This document shows, piece by piece, positions 28,290 to 32,000 of a stretch of 32,000 bases of DNA. The DNA is from Calothrix sp. PCC 7103. Lineage in GTDB: Bacteria > Cyanobacteriota > Cyanobacteriia > Cyanobacteriales > Nostocaceae. The DNA lies in assembly GCA_000331305.1 (NCBI GenBank), contig KB217483.1:1071937-1103936 (forward strand), read 5' to 3'. The notes below the pieces were generated by a model, which worked only from the letters and a program-made list of their open reading frames with translations, was not told the DNA's origin and searched no databases. A program made the translations under genes and the position numbers. Each line of letters begins with the position of its first letter. The first letter of the stretch is position 1.

Positions 28290-29394
28290 TTTCTATCAGA
28301 CTATGCCGTCTCTGCCAAAAAGGTGATGTTTTCCATCGTTTTTCCAGTGCATAGTAAGCTGTATGATGGGACAAATAATTAAAATACATCTGCCTAATAA
28401 AGTCTGAATATTCTTTCAAAGCGTTATGCTGACCGTGGAGATAAGAAATAGTGGACGTAGCCGCATGAAAGCCTGTAGCAATAGCAGTAATAATTCCTTG
28501 GGAAGAAAGGGGGTCAAAAGCCGCTGCCGCATCACCAACTGCCAACCAAGATTCACCCATAACCGGGAGCAAACGCGAACTGTTTGCAGATACAATACGC
28601 AATTTATCAAAATAATAATCCTTTAAATTAATACGCTTTTGAATATGCTCAGTCTGCTTCAGGAGCGACAGCCAATTATCAACTTTTTGTAGTTTCTTTG
28701 CACCAACTAAATCTGCATCACTCATGTAAGCAACTACAAGCTTTTTACTAGATAAAAGCGACAAATACCACCATCCTTCTGTTGTTGCTTCTACCACAGT
28801 TGAACAATCACTAATACTAGTACAGGACTGTGGTGTGAGAAGAGCAACAACACCTACAAGGCGGTCATAATCTTGTCTTATCACTCCTTGGCGTTTAGCA
28901 AACCAGCTTGCTCTTCCACTAGCATCAATAACAAAGTCAGCGTTAACCTGGAGCGGTTGTTTGTCAGATAATAAACCCAACTGCCAGCCCCCGCGCTGAT
29001 TTTTTTGGTAACTGACAACCTGTGTGTTGCATTTTCTGACTGCACCAGCTTCAACAGCCGCTGAGGCAAGCATCGCATCAAAACACTGTCGCTCCAAATG
29101 CCAGCCATTACCATTAGGGTCAAAAATGAAGTTGTAATCTCTAAGCCGAGATGAACCCCAAGCTGAACTATTCCCGTAGGAAGGTAAATGACCATCTTCA
29201 ATAAAACGTTCCCAAACTCCTAGTTTTTGAAGCAGGGGTTTCGCTCCTGGAGGTAAACCTTCTCCTATTTTCCAATTACTAGTTTGAGAACAGTCAATTA
29301 ATAGCGTTGAAATTTGCACTTCTGCCAAAATCTTGGCAATAACAGCGCCTGCTGGTCCGGCGCCGATGATTACTACATTATATTGATCAAGCAT
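28255..29394 (-). CDS. FAD-dependent oxidoreductase, LodB-like (tryptophan halogenase/geranylgeranyl reductase-type fold)
   Basis: YNVVIIGAGPAGAVIAKILAE; EGLPPGAKPLLQKLGVW; WLAVGDAAAAFDPLSSQGIITAIATG; next to a LodA-like gene. ATG at 29394. Confidence 0.8.
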   Translation of the reverse strand: MLDQYNVVIIGAGPAGAVIAKILAEVQISTLLIDCSQTSNWKIGEGLPPGAKPLLQKLGVWERFIEDGHLPSYGNSSAWGSSRLRDYNFIFDPNGNGWHLERQCFDAMLASAAVEAGAVRKCNTQVVSYQKNQRGGWQLGLLSDKQPLQVNADFVIDASGRASWFAKRQGVIRQDYDRLVGVVALLTPQSCTSISDCSTVVEATTEGWWYLSLLSSKKLVVAYMSDADLVGAKKLQKVDNWLSLLKQTEHIQKRINLKDYYFDKLRIVSANSSRLLPVMGESWLAVGDAAAAFDPLSSQGIITAIATGFHAATSTISYLHGQHNALKEYSDFIRQMYFNYLSHHTAYYALEKRWKTSPFWQRRHSLIEIKAGLTSLQYQ

Positions 29395-29474
29395 TAGTTT
29401 TATTGATTCTAAGAAAAAAGCGCCCGTTCTGCTTATTTTTCCGTAGGCTCCCACCACCTTACAGCCCTGAAATC

Positions 29475-29515
29475 TTTGTAGAGACAGGCGCGTAAAACCG
29501 AAGCGTCTCTACAAA
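29475..29515. repeat. Hairpin between the LodA-like and LodB-like genes
   Basis: TTTGTAGAGAC-N19-GTCTCTACAAA. Confidence 0.7.
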
Positions 29516-29535
29516 ATTTCCACGTCTATGTCTAA

Positions 29536-32000
29536 TTAATGAATTGCTCCCTTACCCCAAACTTTACCCTGTGGGTATTTATTAGAAGGTATTACACTCA
29601 ACAGTGGCAACATTGGATTACGATGAGGTAAATGTTCTAACTCCGGTTTGACTTTACCTAAAGACCTAGCCCACTCGTGCCAAAGCGAGATTTCTTCTTC
29701 TGTAAAGACTTTATACATTGGCCCAGTAAAAGACAAATAAGTAAATAAACGGCTTTTCTCTGGTTGTTGGATATCAATATATCCATGTTCCACAAGGGCA
29801 TCTAGGAATTTTTCTGGGTCTTGAAACCAATCATTGATGAGGTTTCCACCAACTTTCTTGGAACCATGATTCAGGCTAGCATACTCTTTTTTACGCTCCA
29901 TCATCTCGACCATTTTTTGCCGTAGCTGCTTGCTTGGGTCATTGGGGTCTGGTTTCTGCTCATTGGCTATCCTCAAAAGGTCATCTCCTAGAGTTCCTGT
30001 AAATGCAAAAGCGATATAACCGCCCCAAATTCGTTTCCAAGCTTCCTGTACCGCTGCTTCTCCTCCTTCGTTACGAACTTTATCAAGGAAGATTTGTATA
30101 GCTTGTTTAGCCATTGCTCCGTGACCAGAAGAAGCGTTATCAATTGCAAGGTGCAATTTGTAGAAATGGGGGTCAATATTGATATCGGGATGGCTGAATA
30201 TCTCAATAATTTGTTTGATTGATAGCACTTCCCATTCCAAATTCAATGTCATTCCCAGAATTTCTGGTAAAAATTCCTCGGAAAATTGAGAGATTACCAA
30301 TTCAAACAGAGGTGATGTATAAGCTGATTCCAGTAAATCTGGATTGTAAGCATAATCGCGCGTGTTGATGTCCGGCAGATAAATACCTACGCTATTTAGT
30401 AAGGTAGTATAAAGATTAGAGTGATTTTGCTCTACTGTCCCACAGCCTACTTCATCCATCCAAATTGAGAAAAGTAATGCGTGAACCTCATCTATTGGCC
30501 CGACTTGAGTCGCGTTGCGAATCCAAGCACCATCAAGTTGGTTAAACGGCGCCATCTGTCTAAGTCTCTCAATGCGAGCTTCACGAGAGATTGCTTTTAC
30601 AGCTTGTGAAAGATTGAAGTTGAGAGCTTGTGAAAGCCAGAAATTATATATTTCGTTTAGTTTCGCTTCAAATGCTTCATCACTGTATTCAAAATAACGA
30701 TACATTTCAGGAAATCCTAAGTCTGGATTATCCTGCATTTTCCATGCTTGGTTCAGGAACTCTTTCACTAAAAAGTGTGCTTTAGGCAAGAAATCAGGAT
30801 GAGCGTCAATGTTCATCATAATGTAAAAATACTCGCGCTGGTTCATTCCCACATAGGGGTCACGCTCAGTCTCGACATAAACAGTTTCACCCAAAATATC
30901 TTTTTTCGGAACTACAAAACCAAGCTCGCTCCACTTGCTCACTAGGTCGTTGTCACCTGCATAATTTCTAAGGATTTCCCATTGTTTTAGTTCGCGTTCT
31001 AAATTTTCTTCTTCTGTTTCACCATCTTTAAGGGGATAATTTGGCTTGTATATTATTTGCCCACCAACTCCTCGCGCCCAAGGTTCACGTTCTTGCAGTT
31101 TTGATGCTAGAGAATCTTCTTTTTCGTACTTCAAAGCATCTTTGAGTACTTTCTTATAGGCAGCTTCCGTAACTACATCATCAGGTCTTTGAGCGGGCCA
31201 CCAATGGGTATTGCATTCATAAAAATCTGCCTGCCAAGGAACTGCCATGTACTTGGTGATATCACCAGGTGGAATGTCTGGCTTTAACCTCAAAGCTTCA
31301 GAATAAATTGATGCTTCGGTAGCAATATAAGTCATCTCGATACCTGGGAAGAAAGGACCACCTACACAAGGTTCGAGTGCCGCTCTATCTAAGGCTGCTG
31401 GTTGGTCTTGGATATCAATTTCTGCCAAGGTTAGATATTTTTGCTCCGAGAGAAAACTACCACTGGCTTGGTCAGGATACCAGTCATTTTCAAAGTCACC
31501 CTCAGCCCATTTCCTTAAAGTTTCGTATTGACCTGGTAGGATAGAAAACCATTTTGTTGGGTCTCCTTGTACAGCATCCCCACCATCACCTGATAGTTGA
31601 GGCATATAGAAGTAATTTGCTTGTTCTGGGTCGAAGGTGTTTGGGTTACGGAAGCGTTCAAAAACGTGTTTTCGTAAGTTTTTAGCTTCAGCATTATCGC
31701 TGTTATCTGCAAGTTGCTTTAACAATTCAGGGTTAGAAAAATCGCCAGGTTTTCCAGGACCGTGACCACGTAGCGATGCAACGTTAACCCATTGATAATT
31801 GGCGCCTCTTGCCAAAATTGGATAGATATCGCGCGTGAAAGATAGGCGTTCGGGAGCGCTTCGCCATTTTTGCTCAATAGCCACCTCTAAAGCCACATCG
31901 TAGAGCGTAACAAGATTATCTATATTAGGGGCAAAATTAGGAGGAGCAACCAATACTCTTGCACCGGAGGTGAGAATTTCTCGGTTACTACCTTTGAGTA
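29536..32000 (-). CDS. LodA/GoxA-like (CTQ-dependent) amino-acid oxidase domain fused to C-terminal haem-oxygenase-like iron-containing domain; 5' end outside window
   Basis: LodA-type motifs RLSFTRDIYPIL, ALDRAALEPCVGGPFFPGIEMTY, MAVPWQADFYECNTHWWPAQRPDDV; C-terminal half has QVGPIDEVHALLFSIWMDEVGCGTVEQNHSNLYTTLLNSVGI and DPHFYKLHLAIDNASSGHGAMAKQA. Frame is open from 31953 to the window edge (…LKGSNREILTSGARVLVAPP). Confidence 0.8.
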   Translation of the reverse strand, partial: LKGSNREILTSGARVLVAPPNFAPNIDNLVTLYDVALEVAIEQKWRSAPERLSFTRDIYPILARGANYQWVNVASLRGHGPGKPGDFSNPELLKQLADNSDNAEAKNLRKHVFERFRNPNTFDPEQANYFYMPQLSGDGGDAVQGDPTKWFSILPGQYETLRKWAEGDFENDWYPDQASGSFLSEQKYLTLAEIDIQDQPAALDRAALEPCVGGPFFPGIEMTYIATEASIYSEALRLKPDIPPGDITKYMAVPWQADFYECNTHWWPAQRPDDVVTEAAYKKVLKDALKYEKEDSLASKLQEREPWARGVGGQIIYKPNYPLKDGETEEENLERELKQWEILRNYAGDNDLVSKWSELGFVVPKKDILGETVYVETERDPYVGMNQREYFYIMMNIDAHPDFLPKAHFLVKEFLNQAWKMQDNPDLGFPEMYRYFEYSDEAFEAKLNEIYNFWLSQALNFNLSQAVKAISREARIERLRQMAPFNQLDGAWIRNATQVGPIDEVHALLFSIWMDEVGCGTVEQNHSNLYTTLLNSVGIYLPDINTRDYAYNPDLLESAYTSPLFELVISQFSEEFLPEILGMTLNLEWEVLSIKQIIEIFSHPDINIDPHFYKLHLAIDNASSGHGAMAKQAIQIFLDKVRNEGGEAAVQEAWKRIWGGYIAFAFTGTLGDDLLRIANEQKPDPNDPSKQLRQKMVEMMERKKEYASLNHGSKKVGGNLINDWFQDPEKFLDALVEHGYIDIQQPEKSRLFTYLSFTGPMYKVFTEEEISLWHEWARSLGKVKPELEHLPHRNPMLPLLSVIPSNKYPQGKVWGKGAIH

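Noticed and set aside
28416-29201. ORFs opposite or out of frame with the LodB-like gene (64, 66, 106 aa)
   Set aside because: Shadow ORFs of a convincing flavoprotein CDS.

Overview
AT-rich cyanobacterial accessory DNA (Nostocales-like by gene content; taxonomy is inference). It holds several mobile or decayed elements between a few intact gene sets. (i) 1-3.4 kb: small HTH, RHH and GIY-YIG-like/XRE genes. (ii) 3.35-6.2 kb: composite insert bounded by a perfect 94-bp inverted repeat, with a broken ISL3-family transposase and an intact S23/four-helix-bundle gene. (iii) 6.2-12.7 kb: large protein of unknown function, TPR-CHAT (caspase-like) protease, DUF3110-like protein. (iv) 13.6-19.2 kb: Tn554-like tnpA-tnpB-tnpC set whose overlapping operon continues into a DnaB-type helicase, followed by a 20-bp-arm hairpin and iterated repeats. 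(v) 19.8-21.2 kb: integrase plus a tRNA 3'-half remnant. (vi) 23.4-27.3 kb: group II intron graveyard. At least two ORF-less introns are nested Russian-doll fashion, each inserted into the domain V hairpin of the next outer intron two nt past the GAAA tetraloop. (vii) 27.7-32 kb: isochorismatase-like hydrolase, a LodB-like flavoprotein, and a LodA-like (CTQ) oxidase that appears fused to a haem-oxygenase-like di-iron (HDO) domain. Best candidates for new biology: the nested domain-V-targeting introns, the LodA-HDO fusion, the tnpABC-dnaB operon and the CHAT cassette. All family names come from motif recognition, not database searches.
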